Position numbers and translations under genes: made by a program
Part shown: piece after piece, positions 20,442 through 30,864 of the stretch
How positions within the stretch are numbered: the stretch's first letter is position 1
Layout of the letters: each line of letters starts with the position of its first letter
The notes under the pieces: generated by a model
Seen by the model: the letters and a program-made list of their open reading frames with translations, nothing else
What the model was told of the DNA's origin: nothing
Databases searched by the model: none
Assembly: GCA_965225855.1 (NCBI GenBank)
Contig: CBDDCK010000005.1
Span: 1,024,001 to 1,088,000, forward strand
Origin: Spirochaetia bacterium
Lineage (GTDB): Bacteria > Spirochaetota > Spirochaetia > SP-2023
Direction: 5' to 3'
DNA: 64,000 bases

Positions 20442-21536
20442 ATGGCGTTTGCACCGAACATGCATTCTTGGGTATATCTAGCAAAATTTAATACAGACGG
20501 TGCTTGGCAGGGCGAATTTCAAAATAAAGTACCTTACGATAAAGAACATTTTGCCAAGTTAAGTGAGAAAGAACAACAGGCAATATTCAATACACGTAAT
20601 CAGTTCCCCGAGCTTTGTCTAGTTGGCTATAGTTCTCAATATGCTTTGAGTGTTTTTGAAGGCTTAAAAGCATTTCCACAATTAGATGGTTCTTGGGCTA
20701 TGTTTCGACCATTGGATAATTGCAAACGCATGCAGCGTTCCATGGCGGGAATATTGCAGCCGACTATGGAACCCAATCAACTGTTGGAAATATTGCAAGA
20801 ATTAATGCGCCGCACTATCGAACAAGGGGTTACGATTCAATACCAAAAAGACTGGGAGCAAAATGATTTTTATAATGCGAGCTCTATTTATATACGGCCT
20901 TTTTCTTATTCTGAAGCCGGGCTTGGGGTGAATCGCAGCCGAAATCCTTGGCTTGTTATCGTCTCCACTCCTGTTAGTAATTATCTCGATAAAGAGAATC
21001 CTTCTGCGATTATTAGCCATCGTGTGCGTGCTATGCCAAATGGTACGGGCTGGATCAAATGCGCTTCCAATTATGTCATTTCCATGCTGGCCCGCCATGA
21101 GGCACAAGAGAAAGGTTTTGTGGAAGCGTTATTTTTAGATGGTAGAGAACAGCGATACCTTGAAGAGGGTTCTAGCTGCAATATATTTGTTTTACGCAAA
21201 GATGCTACTTTGCTTACGCCAGATTTGGCCGATACCATTTTACCCGGCATCACTCGTGATTCGGTGATTCAGTTAGCCAAAGCTAAAGGCATAAATGTTG
21301 AAGAACGTCCGATAGCCATTGACGAGTTGCTTACAGATGGTGCCGAATTGTTTCTAACAGGCACCGCAGCTGGTTTAGTTCCAATTCATAATATAAATTA
21401 TCAAGGGAAAGATTATAAATTGCCTTTTGGCCATTTTCGAGAAAAGGAAAGCCTTGCTAGCCTTTTACACGCACAGTTAAAAGCTATTCAATATGGTGTG
21501 TTGCCAGACCCAGATAATTGGGTTGTCAAAATCTAA
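20442..21536 (+). CDS. ilvE: Branched-chain amino acid aminotransferase (class IV PLP)
   Basis: AGGAG precedes ATG at 20442. Motifs Y..SVFEGLKAF, YIRPF, GTGWIKCASNY, EEGSSCNIF, ILPGITRDS, FLTGTAA. Confidence 0.85.
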   Translation: MAFAPNMHSWVYLAKFNTDGAWQGEFQNKVPYDKEHFAKLSEKEQQAIFNTRNQFPELCLVGYSSQYALSVFEGLKAFPQLDGSWAMFRPLDNCKRMQRSMAGILQPTMEPNQLLEILQELMRRTIEQGVTIQYQKDWEQNDFYNASSIYIRPFSYSEAGLGVNRSRNPWLVIVSTPVSNYLDKENPSAIISHRVRAMPNGTGWIKCASNYVISMLARHEAQEKGFVEALFLDGREQRYLEEGSSCNIFVLRKDATLLTPDLADTILPGITRDSVIQLAKAKGINVEERPIAIDELLTDGAELFLTGTAAGLVPIHNINYQGKDYKLPFGHFREKESLASLLHAQLKAIQYGVLPDPDNWVVKI

Positions 21537-21552
21537 TGAATTAATTTTTGCA

Positions 21553-24500
21553 ATGCCTTATATTTTATACCCTTGTACCAATTCAGAAGAATTGTTTCAG
21601 GCTGTGTTGCGCAATGGCCAACTATCGGGTTTGCAATTAGATTTTGCGCACAGTAGGTTCGAACCCCAGCCGCGCTTACTCTTCCAAAATAATGCGTTAG
21701 GAGAATGGTTTAAAGTCCGCTTGGCTCAAGAGAAAGGCATTTGCATGGGACTAACGATAGGCCATTCTAAACAAATCCTCGAACATTACTTGGCCTTGTT
21801 TTTTCCTAAATTGCAAATAAATTGGGGCCATGCTGACCTTGTTAGTTTGCAAGTGTTTCATTTACTCAAAAATAATGAAGAGCGAAACAAGTATTTACCT
21901 AAAGTTTTAGAGGTTTTAATACAGCAGTTATCTAAGCAAAAGAAAGCCAAAAGATTGTCTCAAATAGGCTACCAAGATCATTTTGATAATGCTTTGGAGC
22001 AACATTTGTGGAAGTTTTCTCAACAGGTTGCTCAACTATTTTTAAGCTATGATCATTATCGTAGAGAATTACAAGAAGCTCTGAATCCAAATGTAGGATA
22101 CGGGCCTAACGAGCAGCTAGATAAAGCGTTTCATGATGGTATGGCGGTTAAGGCAGAAACTTGGCAGCAGAATTTGTGGCACAAGATACAACAGTACCAG
22201 GGACTCCACTGGCACGGCCAATTGATTGAGAAAGTATTAGCAGAAAAGCTTAACCCTTTCGGCAATGGAAAACAAGATATAGATTATCAAGCGACTATTG
22301 AACCCCTTTATATTATTGGCTCTGGTTTTATCAGTGCCCAGCAATTGACCTTTTACAGCTATTTATCGCAATTTACCGATGTCTACCAATATTGGCTAAC
22401 ACCTACGGAGTTTCCCTCGGAGCTGTGTAATCAAACGGCCCAAATGTTTTGGGGCCAAAGAGCTTATGATGCCCAACAATTGAGTCAAGCTATGGGGAAT
22501 TTACCCAAATCCCTTTGGCTAGAAAACAGCTTGCACAGTGCGGCCTTACTGCACCATATACCGAGGATTACTTGGCAATCTTATCCTCAACAAAAGAGTA
22601 ATCCACCCAAATCTCTATTGGAACTTGTACAGCATAAGCTGCGTTACTGTACTATAATTGAGCCTGAAATGCAATCTAGTTACAGTCCTAATAAACCTAT
22701 AGCAATAGATAATAGTATCCGTTACTTTGCTTGCAGCAATAGACGGCGTGAAGTTGAAGTTTTGAAAGATCAAATCTTAGCTAGTCTTGATGCTAACCCT
22801 GATTGGCAATTAAATGACATTGCTGTACTGGCTCCCGACATTAACGACTATCAGATATTAATCCAGAGTGTGTTCCAAAAAAACGGGGTATTATTGAATT
22901 ATAATTTCATTGATCTAAATTCTAGTAACGGCTTGCTTAGTCCATATTTTTCGGCTTTTAATATGTTGCTTGGCTTCAAGCATTTTACTATGTTGGACGA
23001 ATGGCTAAATTTTTTAGAAAATCCTTGTGTCCGAGCAAATGAGTTTTTACAAGCCAAACCCCAACATTTTTGGTTGAAAGTATTGCGCTATTGGCAGTTT
23101 AATCTAAGCGGGGAACATGGAGTAGATAGGGGAATCTGGCAAAAGGCACGAGAGCGTTTGTTGCACGATTATTTGTGGGACTACGGGGGGCATCAACTTA
23201 GTTTTGGCTTAAATCAACAATTATCTTTCGATCAAAGTGAGGCCGTCTTATTAGGGGAAGTCTTGGGTGTTATCTTTGAGTTAGAGCAATCGTTACAAAG
23301 GCTACACAATGGTAACCGAAGCATTTCAGAGTGGGTAAGGTTATTGGAGGACTTACAAGATAAGTTCTTATGCTGCCACAATCAAAGCCATCGCAGCGAT
23401 CGTGATATTCTCAATAAAAGCCTGCGCAACTTTTTAGCTATTGAAGAAAGCTTGCGCAAGGGCCAGCCCAATCAGTCTGGTAAATTAGAAAAATCTGGGA
23501 AAACTAGTGAGGCGATGCCTTTGCGCTTTCCCTTTAGTGTGATGCAAAATCTGCTGCAAGACAAGCTTGAGCAAAGCTTTAGCTTTAAGGGCTATTACCT
23601 CACCCAAGGAATCACTTGTGCTTCTTTACAGCCTTACCGAAGCGTACCTTTCCGCATGATTTGTGTGTTGGGGCTAGATGAAAAGAGTTTCCCTCGCAGT
23701 TCTATGCCCTTGCGCTTTGACCTTTGCAGCAGCTTACCCCAGCATGTAAGTCGCCAAGCTCAAGAGCAACACATGTTTGCTGAATTGCTAATCTCTGCAC
23801 GGGAACGTTTGCTGTTGTTCTACCCTAATAGCGATACAGTAAAAGGGAATGAAAAAAGCCCGTCTGCTTCACTGTATGAGCTTTGCTACTTTATTGCCCA
23901 GATCTTAGGGCAAGAGCAAGAAATAGTTTGGCAGCAACTGCTTCAGGTGCAACCACTGTTTCCCTTTGATCGTTGCTACTTTCATTCTGCAGAATATTTT
24001 AGTTACAATAGCAGCCATTACCGCGAATTTTTGGCCTTGCAACGTTCTTACCAGCCAAGCCCTCTGGCCGAGATAGGGCATAAATTGCCGTTTTTGGAGG
24101 TTAAGGGTTTGGCTAACAGTGAGCATTCTAGGACTGAAGAGCCTCTGTTTACTTGCGACTTGCAGGAAGTCATAGCGGTAATTAGCGATGCGCCAGCGTA
24201 TTTTTGGCAGAGCTATAGTGGCCTCAAGCCTTGGTATGATCAAGATGAATTACCATTGTTAGAGCAGCTTAGCCCAAGTGCAAGCAATGCTTATGGAAAG
24301 GCTAAAAGCTTGGGTGCACGGCTTTCTTGCGCTAGTTTAGAGCCGTTGAAATATGCCAAATGGCAGCAGCAGCTATGGCGTGATCCAGAGTATTTGCTGG
24401 CAATTTTCCAATTGAGTGAGCCCGATTTGCGTTCTTTTTTGGAACGTGAAGGAGCCCTAGGTAACCAGCTGTTCAGCGAGCAGCAGTGGCAAAGCCTAAA

Positions 24501-25359
24501 GCAAGGGCGCAACGTATTAAAGAAACAATTAGAATCTGTTGAATCTTGGCCTAGCTGGGAAACTGTTTGCCGTATACGCCAATACAGCATATCTTTACAA
24601 ATTGATTTAAATCTGGCTTCAGTTGGTTCGGAACGGACGCTGCGTTCAGAACGTATAGCCAAAGCTGGTGATACCATCAGCCGTTACGGGGCTTTTCTAC
24701 TGCCAGCTTTAGCCGTTGAGTTTGGGCAAGATGGGGCCTTTGTTCTGTTGGAAGCCCATATCCCTAGGTTGTGGCTTACAGGCCAGCGCATTATTTGTTG
24801 GAACCAAAGCCCGTTTGGTTTACCCCCCCAATTGTATAGCTTGTTGCATTATCAGTTATTCGTTTATCTGCGTCAAAATCCGCTATTTAGTGGTTACACA
24901 GAGTTACTGCAGCTAGAATGGCTTTATTCTGGAGAGCTGTATACAAATCAACAAAACTTCTGTACTGCCCAAACAATGCCGACCTTGAAGGACTATATCT
25001 GGCTGGTAGCGCAGGCGCGGTGTGGGGCTTTACCTTTGAGTATGGAATTCCTAAATTCAATATCGAAAAAGGGCAAATTAAAGGTGCAGTTGAGCCGGTT
25101 TCAAGAAACTTATCAGGAAGCTTGCCAATCTGGTGATACCCCCGCAATGCCAGAGAATACAAAAGCTATTGAGCCACTTGTTGAAGGGTTACAGCTAGAG
25201 CTGTACCAACAATGGCATGCTTATTTACAAACAATTATCCAACCGCCCAGTACCAATACGAATGAAGCTCTGACTCACTTAGCTATAGATTTTGGTAGTA
25301 GGCCTCTACAACAACCTAGATTTTGGCTATTGCTTCATGAATTGCTTTGCCATATATAA
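21553..25359 (+). CDS. recC: Exodeoxyribonuclease V gamma subunit
   Basis: REVEVLKDQIL, DIAVLAPDINDY, GITCASLQPYRSVPFRMICVLGLDEKSFPR, ELLISARERL, QPLFPFD. Confidence 0.88.
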   Translation: MPYILYPCTNSEELFQAVLRNGQLSGLQLDFAHSRFEPQPRLLFQNNALGEWFKVRLAQEKGICMGLTIGHSKQILEHYLALFFPKLQINWGHADLVSLQVFHLLKNNEERNKYLPKVLEVLIQQLSKQKKAKRLSQIGYQDHFDNALEQHLWKFSQQVAQLFLSYDHYRRELQEALNPNVGYGPNEQLDKAFHDGMAVKAETWQQNLWHKIQQYQGLHWHGQLIEKVLAEKLNPFGNGKQDIDYQATIEPLYIIGSGFISAQQLTFYSYLSQFTDVYQYWLTPTEFPSELCNQTAQMFWGQRAYDAQQLSQAMGNLPKSLWLENSLHSAALLHHIPRITWQSYPQQKSNPPKSLLELVQHKLRYCTIIEPEMQSSYSPNKPIAIDNSIRYFACSNRRREVEVLKDQILASLDANPDWQLNDIAVLAPDINDYQILIQSVFQKNGVLLNYNFIDLNSSNGLLSPYFSAFNMLLGFKHFTMLDEWLNFLENPCVRANEFLQAKPQHFWLKVLRYWQFNLSGEHGVDRGIWQKARERLLHDYLWDYGGHQLSFGLNQQLSFDQSEAVLLGEVLGVIFELEQSLQRLHNGNRSISEWVRLLEDLQDKFLCCHNQSHRSDRDILNKSLRNFLAIEESLRKGQPNQSGKLEKSGKTSEAMPLRFPFSVMQNLLQDKLEQSFSFKGYYLTQGITCASLQPYRSVPFRMICVLGLDEKSFPRSSMPLRFDLCSSLPQHVSRQAQEQHMFAELLISARERLLLFYPNSDTVKGNEKSPSASLYELCYFIAQILGQEQEIVWQQLLQVQPLFPFDRCYFHSAEYFSYNSSHYREFLALQRSYQPSPLAEIGHKLPFLEVKGLANSEHSRTEEPLFTCDLQEVIAVISDAPAYFWQSYSGLKPWYDQDELPLLEQLSPSASNAYGKAKSLGARLSCASLEPLKYAKWQQQLWRDPEYLLAIFQLSEPDLRSFLEREGALGNQLFSEQQWQSLKQGRNVLKKQLESVESWPSWETVCRIRQYSISLQIDLNLASVGSERTLRSERIAKAGDTISRYGAFLLPALAVEFGQDGAFVLLEAHIPRLWLTGQRIICWNQSPFGLPPQLYSLLHYQLFVYLRQNPLFSGYTELLQLEWLYSGELYTNQQNFCTAQTMPTLKDYIWLVAQARCGALPLSMEFLNSISKKGKLKVQLSRFQETYQEACQSGDTPAMPENTKAIEPLVEGLQLELYQQWHAYLQTIIQPPSTNTNEALTHLAIDFGSRPLQQPRFWLLLHELLCHI

Positions 25360-25667
25360 TAGAATGAGAGGCTTTGAACGCTTAGAAGACTTAGAAAATG
25401 GACAAACTGCGCAACAATATCAAATGCAATTACAAGCAAACGCAAGTCAACTTGCGGCATTGTTTTATCCAGCAGCGCAAGCCATTGATAGCCAAATCCA
25501 AAGCAGACAACAAGCCCAACAAATACAGCAAGATTTGGACAATTTGCTTTAGATTTGAGCCAGTGCTACCACAAATACAGAGGGGATATTGCGGGCAAAC
25601 AATATACCGCTTTAGGTTTCTTAGGAATAACTTGCCGAAAGGCATGCAATTACAAACAAGCGCAATA

Positions 25668-25897
25668 GAGCAAAGCCTTGATCCAATGCGGAAAGCTATA
25701 TTATAGCAAGGCCGATCAAGGCCTTGATCCAATGCGGAAAGCTGTATTATAGCAAGGCCGATCAAGGCCTTGATCCAATGCGGAAAGCTGTATTATAGCA
25801 AGGCCGATCAAGGCCTTGATCCAATGCGGAAAGCTGTATTATAGCAAGGCCGATCAAGGCCTTGATCCAATGCGGAAAGCTGTATTATAGCAAGGCA
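25668..25897. repeat. 46-bp palindromic tandem repeat x5 (copy B)
   Basis: Units start at 25668, 25714, 25760, 25806 and 25852. Same consensus and same flanks as 13209..13437. Confidence 0.9.
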
Positions 25898-26116
25898 CTA
25901 AGACTCATAAAAAAGGCAGCCATTTCGGTTTCCACTCGTTGAGTGGCTGTGTGTAGAGGAGTTTTGCTCTAGCCATTGATTTAGCTTGTCTTGCTCTGTC
26001 TGGTTCGTTATTTTTGCCCTTGTATTTAGTACTTATTTTATATTTGATAAGCTTATATTACAAATTAGTTTACGTCGTTATTTACCTTATTGAAATATTT
26101 TTATCACTTCATTTAT

Positions 26117-26632
26117 TTAACTATAGCTCATCAATTCTTGGCTGCGATAAAGTAATTCTATATTAGACAGGTCAAACATTTTTTCGGCTTCTTTACCGCG
26201 TTGGTAGCGTTTATCAGCTACGACACGTTTTATGCCGATATTGATAATCATCATAGCACAACTTGGGCAAGGTGTCATGGTTACATACATGGTAGCATCA
26301 TTTAAGGCTAAACCAAATTTTGCTGCTTGGCAGATTGCGTTTTGTTCTGCGTGTACTGTACGCATGCAGTGATTGCTAACCGTTCCATCGGGGTATGTAA
26401 CTTGCTTAATTAAATGTCCTGCCGTATCGCAATGGGGTAGACCAGCAGCCGCACCGACATAACCTGTCGCCAGTATCTGCTTATCTTTGACAATTACGCA
26501 ACCACTTTTACCTCTATCGCAAGTAGCTCTTTTGGCAATAGCTTGACAGACCTCGAAGAAATAATCGTCCCAGCTCGGCCGTTGTATAATTGGGTGTTGC
26601 GTAGTTGCAAGATTTTCGTAAGTGTTAGCCAT
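26117..26632 (-). CDS. dCMP deaminase (ComEB/deoxycytidylate deaminase family)
   Basis: RPSWDDYF, RATCDRG, HAEQNAI and PCPSC zinc motifs. Confidence 0.9.
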   Translation of the reverse strand: MANTYENLATTQHPIIQRPSWDDYFFEVCQAIAKRATCDRGKSGCVIVKDKQILATGYVGAAAGLPHCDTAGHLIKQVTYPDGTVSNHCMRTVHAEQNAICQAAKFGLALNDATMYVTMTPCPSCAMMIINIGIKRVVADKRYQRGKEAEKMFDLSNIELLYRSQELMSYS

Positions 26633-26710
26633 TTTTGAATTTGCTTTGAATTTGAAATTTATTGAGGTTTAGATAAGATAATCCATACTATCAATATCTC
26701 TAGGGTATTT

Positions 26711-27901
26711 CTAGGCCAATGCTTTTTTTATACAGTTGGCAGCATATGCAACATCTTTTAATGGCGGCACCAGGGCAAAGCGCACAAAATCTTGACCCGG
26801 ATTTTTACCGTCTACTTCTTCACCGATGGAAACACCGGGAGTTACCACAATGCCAAACTCAAGTAATCGAGCAGCAAAATCCAAACCAGAGTTTCCAGGC
26901 CAACTTTGCTGCCATAGATAAAATGTTGCATCACCGGGTGTAGTCGGTAGACCAGCAGTGGCAAAAGCTTCCATCAAGTGTTTTCGTTTTTCGCGGTATT
27001 CATTGCGTACTTGTTGGACATGTTCCATATCTAGCAAGGCTAAAGTGGCTACATCTTGCAAAATGTTGGGCGTGCCTGAATCAATATTGGTTTTTACTTT
27101 TTTAAAACCGCTAATAATTTGCTCATCGCCTGCCACAAAACCTGTGCGGTAGCCAGTCATATTGTTGCGTTTCGAGAGTGAATAAAACGTAATGATGCCA
27201 TCATAATTGCCCATAATTCTGCTTGCTACTTCCAAAATGGACAATGGTTTTGCTCCAAAATAGATGTCGATATAACAACCTTCATCGGCAGCAATAATTA
27301 CACTGTATTTTTTGCTCCAAGCTAAAAGTTCTTCTAGCCATTGTTTAGGAGCACTGACACCCGTTGGATTATTGGGGTAGTTTGTCCAAATAATTTTAGC
27401 CTTTCGTGCAATTTTTTCTGGAATCGCTTTTAAGTCGATCAAGAATTGGTTTTCTGCGAGTAGTGGTACCATATAGGGGATACCGCCGGCAAATTCTGTA
27501 CCTGTTTTGTATACGGGGTAGCCGGGAGTTGGGCAAATCACAATATCACCCGGATTGATGAAACCCAGCGGAAAGTTGAACACGGCTTCTTTAGAGCCAA
27601 TGGTAGAGCTGATCTGGTTTTCAAGGTCTAATGAAATATTGAAGGTAGCCTTCATGTATTTGGCTGCTGCCTGACGAAATGTATTGGAACCTATATAGCT
27701 AGGATAACCTGTAGTCCTGTGCAGTCTGCCAGCTTCCAGCAAAGCATTGATAACAAAATCGGGAGTGGGGCTGCTCGGGTCGCCCACACCAAAATCCACC
27801 ACACGGGCCCCCGAAGAGCGCAACTGTTGGACTTTTTTGTCAATTTCGGCAAATGGATAGGGTTTGGTGCCACTAATGCGTGTAGAATATTCTAGCTCCA
27901 T
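26711..27901 (-). CDS. dapL: LL-diaminopimelate aminotransferase (class I PLP)
   Basis: PYPFAEID, FGVGDP, IGSKEAV, NYPNNPTG, SLSKRNNMTGYRTG, KTNIDSG; adjacent to dapF. Confidence 0.8.
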   Translation of the reverse strand: MELEYSTRISGTKPYPFAEIDKKVQQLRSSGARVVDFGVGDPSSPTPDFVINALLEAGRLHRTTGYPSYIGSNTFRQAAAKYMKATFNISLDLENQISSTIGSKEAVFNFPLGFINPGDIVICPTPGYPVYKTGTEFAGGIPYMVPLLAENQFLIDLKAIPEKIARKAKIIWTNYPNNPTGVSAPKQWLEELLAWSKKYSVIIAADEGCYIDIYFGAKPLSILEVASRIMGNYDGIITFYSLSKRNNMTGYRTGFVAGDEQIISGFKKVKTNIDSGTPNILQDVATLALLDMEHVQQVRNEYREKRKHLMEAFATAGLPTTPGDATFYLWQQSWPGNSGLDFAARLLEFGIVVTPGVSIGEEVDGKNPGQDFVRFALVPPLKDVAYAANCIKKALA

Positions 27902-27928
27902 AATGTTCTCTTAAAATATAAATTTGCT

Positions 27929-28897
27929 TTAACTATTTTCCAGCTCATTATTTTCCAATTGGGAAAGGAAATCCGGCAGAAACATGCCATAGCATACACC
28001 ACGGACGGGGCCAGTTAATTCTATATTAGCAGCATGTTGCCAATGATTATCTAACTGCTTGGCCGTTGATTTGTCCAGTGGTTTTATATCAATCGTAAAC
28101 TCTCCACCGGGCATAAAAACTTGTACGGGTGGCTCAACTAAACCATTACGCCAAGCAGCAGCAGCAGCAGCGCAACTACTCGAACCAGAAGCCAAAGTAT
28201 AGCCAGCACCACGTTCCCAGATTTCAATTTGTATACTGTTTTTATCTAACACTTTGAGAAACTGTACGTTGGTGTGGTTTGGAAAAGCAGAATGGGTTTC
28301 AATGAGCGGGCCATAAATTTGGGCTTCTTCAGCAGAAATATTTTCTTGCCCACCCGCATCTATCACCACGCAATGTGGGTTGCCAATGCTAACGCAGGTT
28401 ACGGTAAAATTGCGCTTGCCAGCTTCCAAAGTTAAGCCCGTAACTTCCTCTTGTTCATTGATATTGTAAGAGCTAAATTTTTCAATATCGACTGGTATTT
28501 CTTGGGGGTGTAGTGTGGCATAGCCCATATTCACTTTTAAAATATGTTTTTCTTGATCGACTACTTCAATATCAACCTTTCCACCCAAAGTTTCTAAAGA
28601 AAATTGCGGGCCTTGAAGATAACCTTGATCAAGTAAATATTGAGCAAATATTCTAATCCCATTGCCACTCTTTTCGGCTTCAGAACCATCTGGATTCCAT
28701 ATTTGAAAATAGAGAGAATGTTGTTCATTGCTTGTTTTTAGTGGGCCGTAGAGAATACCATCTGAACCAATACCAAAATTGCGCTGGCAAATTAATTGGA
28801 TATTTTCCTTGGTCATGGGAATGGCACAGAAGGCTGGGTCAATCACTAAGTAATCATTGCCATGGCCGTGGTATCGGAAATAATCTGCAGCTTGCAT
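27929..28897 (-). CDS. dapF: Diaminopimelate epimerase
   Basis: YHGHGNDY, RNFGIGSDG, NPDGSEAEKSGNGIR, SIGNPHCV, WERGAGYTLASGSSSCA. Start placed at MQAADY. Confidence 0.9.
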   Translation of the reverse strand: MQAADYFRYHGHGNDYLVIDPAFCAIPMTKENIQLICQRNFGIGSDGILYGPLKTSNEQHSLYFQIWNPDGSEAEKSGNGIRIFAQYLLDQGYLQGPQFSLETLGGKVDIEVVDQEKHILKVNMGYATLHPQEIPVDIEKFSSYNINEQEEVTGLTLEAGKRNFTVTCVSIGNPHCVVIDAGGQENISAEEAQIYGPLIETHSAFPNHTNVQFLKVLDKNSIQIEIWERGAGYTLASGSSSCAAAAAAWRNGLVEPPVQVFMPGGEFTIDIKPLDKSTAKQLDNHWQHAANIELTGPVRGVCYGMFLPDFLSQLENNELENS

Positions 28898-29344
28898 ATA
28901 AAAAATCCTCACTGTAATGTTGGGTAGAGCAGTATAGCTATTTATACCTAGTCTAACAAGGCCTTTAGTAGCTTTCAGAGTGGTAAATAAACAAAATTGT
29001 TTTTTGATATATGGAAATAACCCAAACATAATTTTTGAAGATTCGCCACAATATTGTTAATGATGCTTAGCGAAACTTTGCTACCGATTGCTATTAAAAA
29101 ATTCTTTTTACTTTAAATGAAAATATTTAGATGGTAATTTTCATCGAATCTTGTAATAGAAAAATTATACTATTTCTTATAAAGAAGAAGCACTCTATTA
29201 ATTGTTATTGTCAATTCTAAAGAAATCTTTTTTGTTCAAACCACAAAAAATTCAAATCATCGTTGCTGTCAAATAACTGTAGATTTTTTAAATCAATCGC
29301 TTTTCCTTCACAGCTCAATCTGATTTCAGCTTAATAAGGCGCAT

Positions 29345-29453
29345 CTTAATACTCAATCCCAATGGGTTACGGGAGGGGGACCGAACTTCATCGTTGGGGT
29401 TCAAGTAATAGATAACAGAGACATTCAGTTTCTGTTATCTATTTTACTTTTTT
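29345..29453 (+). ncRNA. Candidate structured leader RNA with terminator upstream of murA (partial c-di-AMP riboswitch resemblance)
   Basis: AATCCC-AAT-GGGTT hairpin, GGGGGACC, TTGGGGT, then a 13-bp stem (29407-29419/29431-29443) and a T-run. The 3' consensus of the ydaO aptamer is not found. Confidence 0.35.
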
Positions 29454-29559
29454 ACTCCAGAGGGATTTACACTCTAACGTATTAGTTTGCAAATAATCAT
29501 TAATATTTGATTAACATTTGCGCCTTATACGTTAGTAGTGTCCTTTACAGGAATTTTCA

Positions 29560-30861
29560 ATGTATAAATATAAAGTCGAAGGTGGCCACCCTTTAAAAGG
29601 AAGTATTGTCATCCAAGGTAATAAAAATGCAGCTCTGCCTTGCCTAGCTGCCACTTTGCTAAGCGATGAAGCCATTGTTTTAAACAACTTACCCATGTTG
29701 CGTGATGTAGAAGTCATGCTGGGAATTTTGGAGAAAATGGGCTCTAAAGTAGAACGTTTGTCTTCCAATAGTTACCGCATTCAAACCCAAGATATAAAGT
29801 CTACAATGTTAGCTGCTAGTGATGCAGGCAAAGTGCGTGCTTCTGTTTTGTTTGTCGGTCCATTGCTAGCCCGTTTGGGCTGGGTAAAATTGCCGTTGCC
29901 CGGTGGCGATGTTATTGGCAAGCGCAGATTAGATAGCCATTTTTTGGCAATGCAAGCATTAGGGGCGTCCCACTCGGTCAACGGTTATCTTTATTTCCAA
30001 ACCAATAAGCTGGTTGGTTCTGAAATTTTTCTCGATGAGGCTTCTGTTACCGCTACGGAAAACGCCATTATGGCTGCTGCTTTAGCCGATGGCGAAACCG
30101 TTATTGAAAATGCTGCGTCTGAACCCCATGTCCAAGATTTATGCCGCATGATCAATGCAATGGGAGGGGAAATTTCTGGCATTGGTTCTAATATTTTGCG
30201 CATTAAAGGGAAAAAGAAATTACACGGAACCGAGTTTAAGATCAGCCCCGATTTTATGGAAGTGGGTTCTTTTATTGGCTTGGCTGCCGTAACTGAAAGT
30301 GAATTAGAGTTGGTGGGAGTTCAGCATTCTGATTTGAAAATAGTAAAGATTGCGTTTAAAAAAATGGGTATTCATTGGACTGCTGGCCAAGGAAGTATAG
30401 GGGGGGACCGTTTGGTTGTACCATCTTGCCAAGCAATGAAAGTTCATTATGATGTTGATGGTTCGATACCCAAAATAGACGATGCCCCATGGCCTGGGTT
30501 TCCCGCAGATTTAACCAGCATTATGACCGTAGTTGCTACTCAAGTAGAAGGCACGATTTTAATCCACGAAAAGATGTTTGAATCACGATTGTTCTTTGTC
30601 GACAAATTGATCAGCATGGGAGCCCGCATTATTTTATGTGATCCGCATCGAGCTGTGATAACCGGGCCAACACGGCTTAGTGGCCAGACTTTGCTCTCAC
30701 CAGATGTGCGAGCCGGTATGGCCGTGTTGATCGCTGGGCTTTGTGCGCGTGGTACCAGTATTATCCACAATATTTACCAAATTGAGCGCGGTTATGAAAA
30801 TATAGCCCAACGGCTCTGCGCTATCGGTGCCCAAATTGAGCGTCTTCCAGAATATTCTTAG
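29560..30861 (+). CDS. murA: UDP-N-acetylglucosamine 1-carboxyvinyltransferase
   Basis: GNKNAALP, RASVLFVGPLLAR, PGGDVIGKRRLD (Asp at the fosfomycin-target Cys position), SVTATEN, PWPGFPADL, DVRAG, IERGYE. Confidence 0.95.
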   Translation: MYKYKVEGGHPLKGSIVIQGNKNAALPCLAATLLSDEAIVLNNLPMLRDVEVMLGILEKMGSKVERLSSNSYRIQTQDIKSTMLAASDAGKVRASVLFVGPLLARLGWVKLPLPGGDVIGKRRLDSHFLAMQALGASHSVNGYLYFQTNKLVGSEIFLDEASVTATENAIMAAALADGETVIENAASEPHVQDLCRMINAMGGEISGIGSNILRIKGKKKLHGTEFKISPDFMEVGSFIGLAAVTESELELVGVQHSDLKIVKIAFKKMGIHWTAGQGSIGGDRLVVPSCQAMKVHYDVDGSIPKIDDAPWPGFPADLTSIMTVVATQVEGTILIHEKMFESRLFFVDKLISMGARIILCDPHRAVITGPTRLSGQTLLSPDVRAGMAVLIAGLCARGTSIIHNIYQIERGYENIAQRLCAIGAQIERLPEYS

Positions 30862-30864
30862 AGT

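Noticed and set aside
25292..25765. Small overlapping ORFs after recC, including a Q-rich peptide from ATG at 25364
   Set aside because: No recognisable family, and some run into the 46-bp repeat. Possibly a gene fragment, but I cannot support a call.
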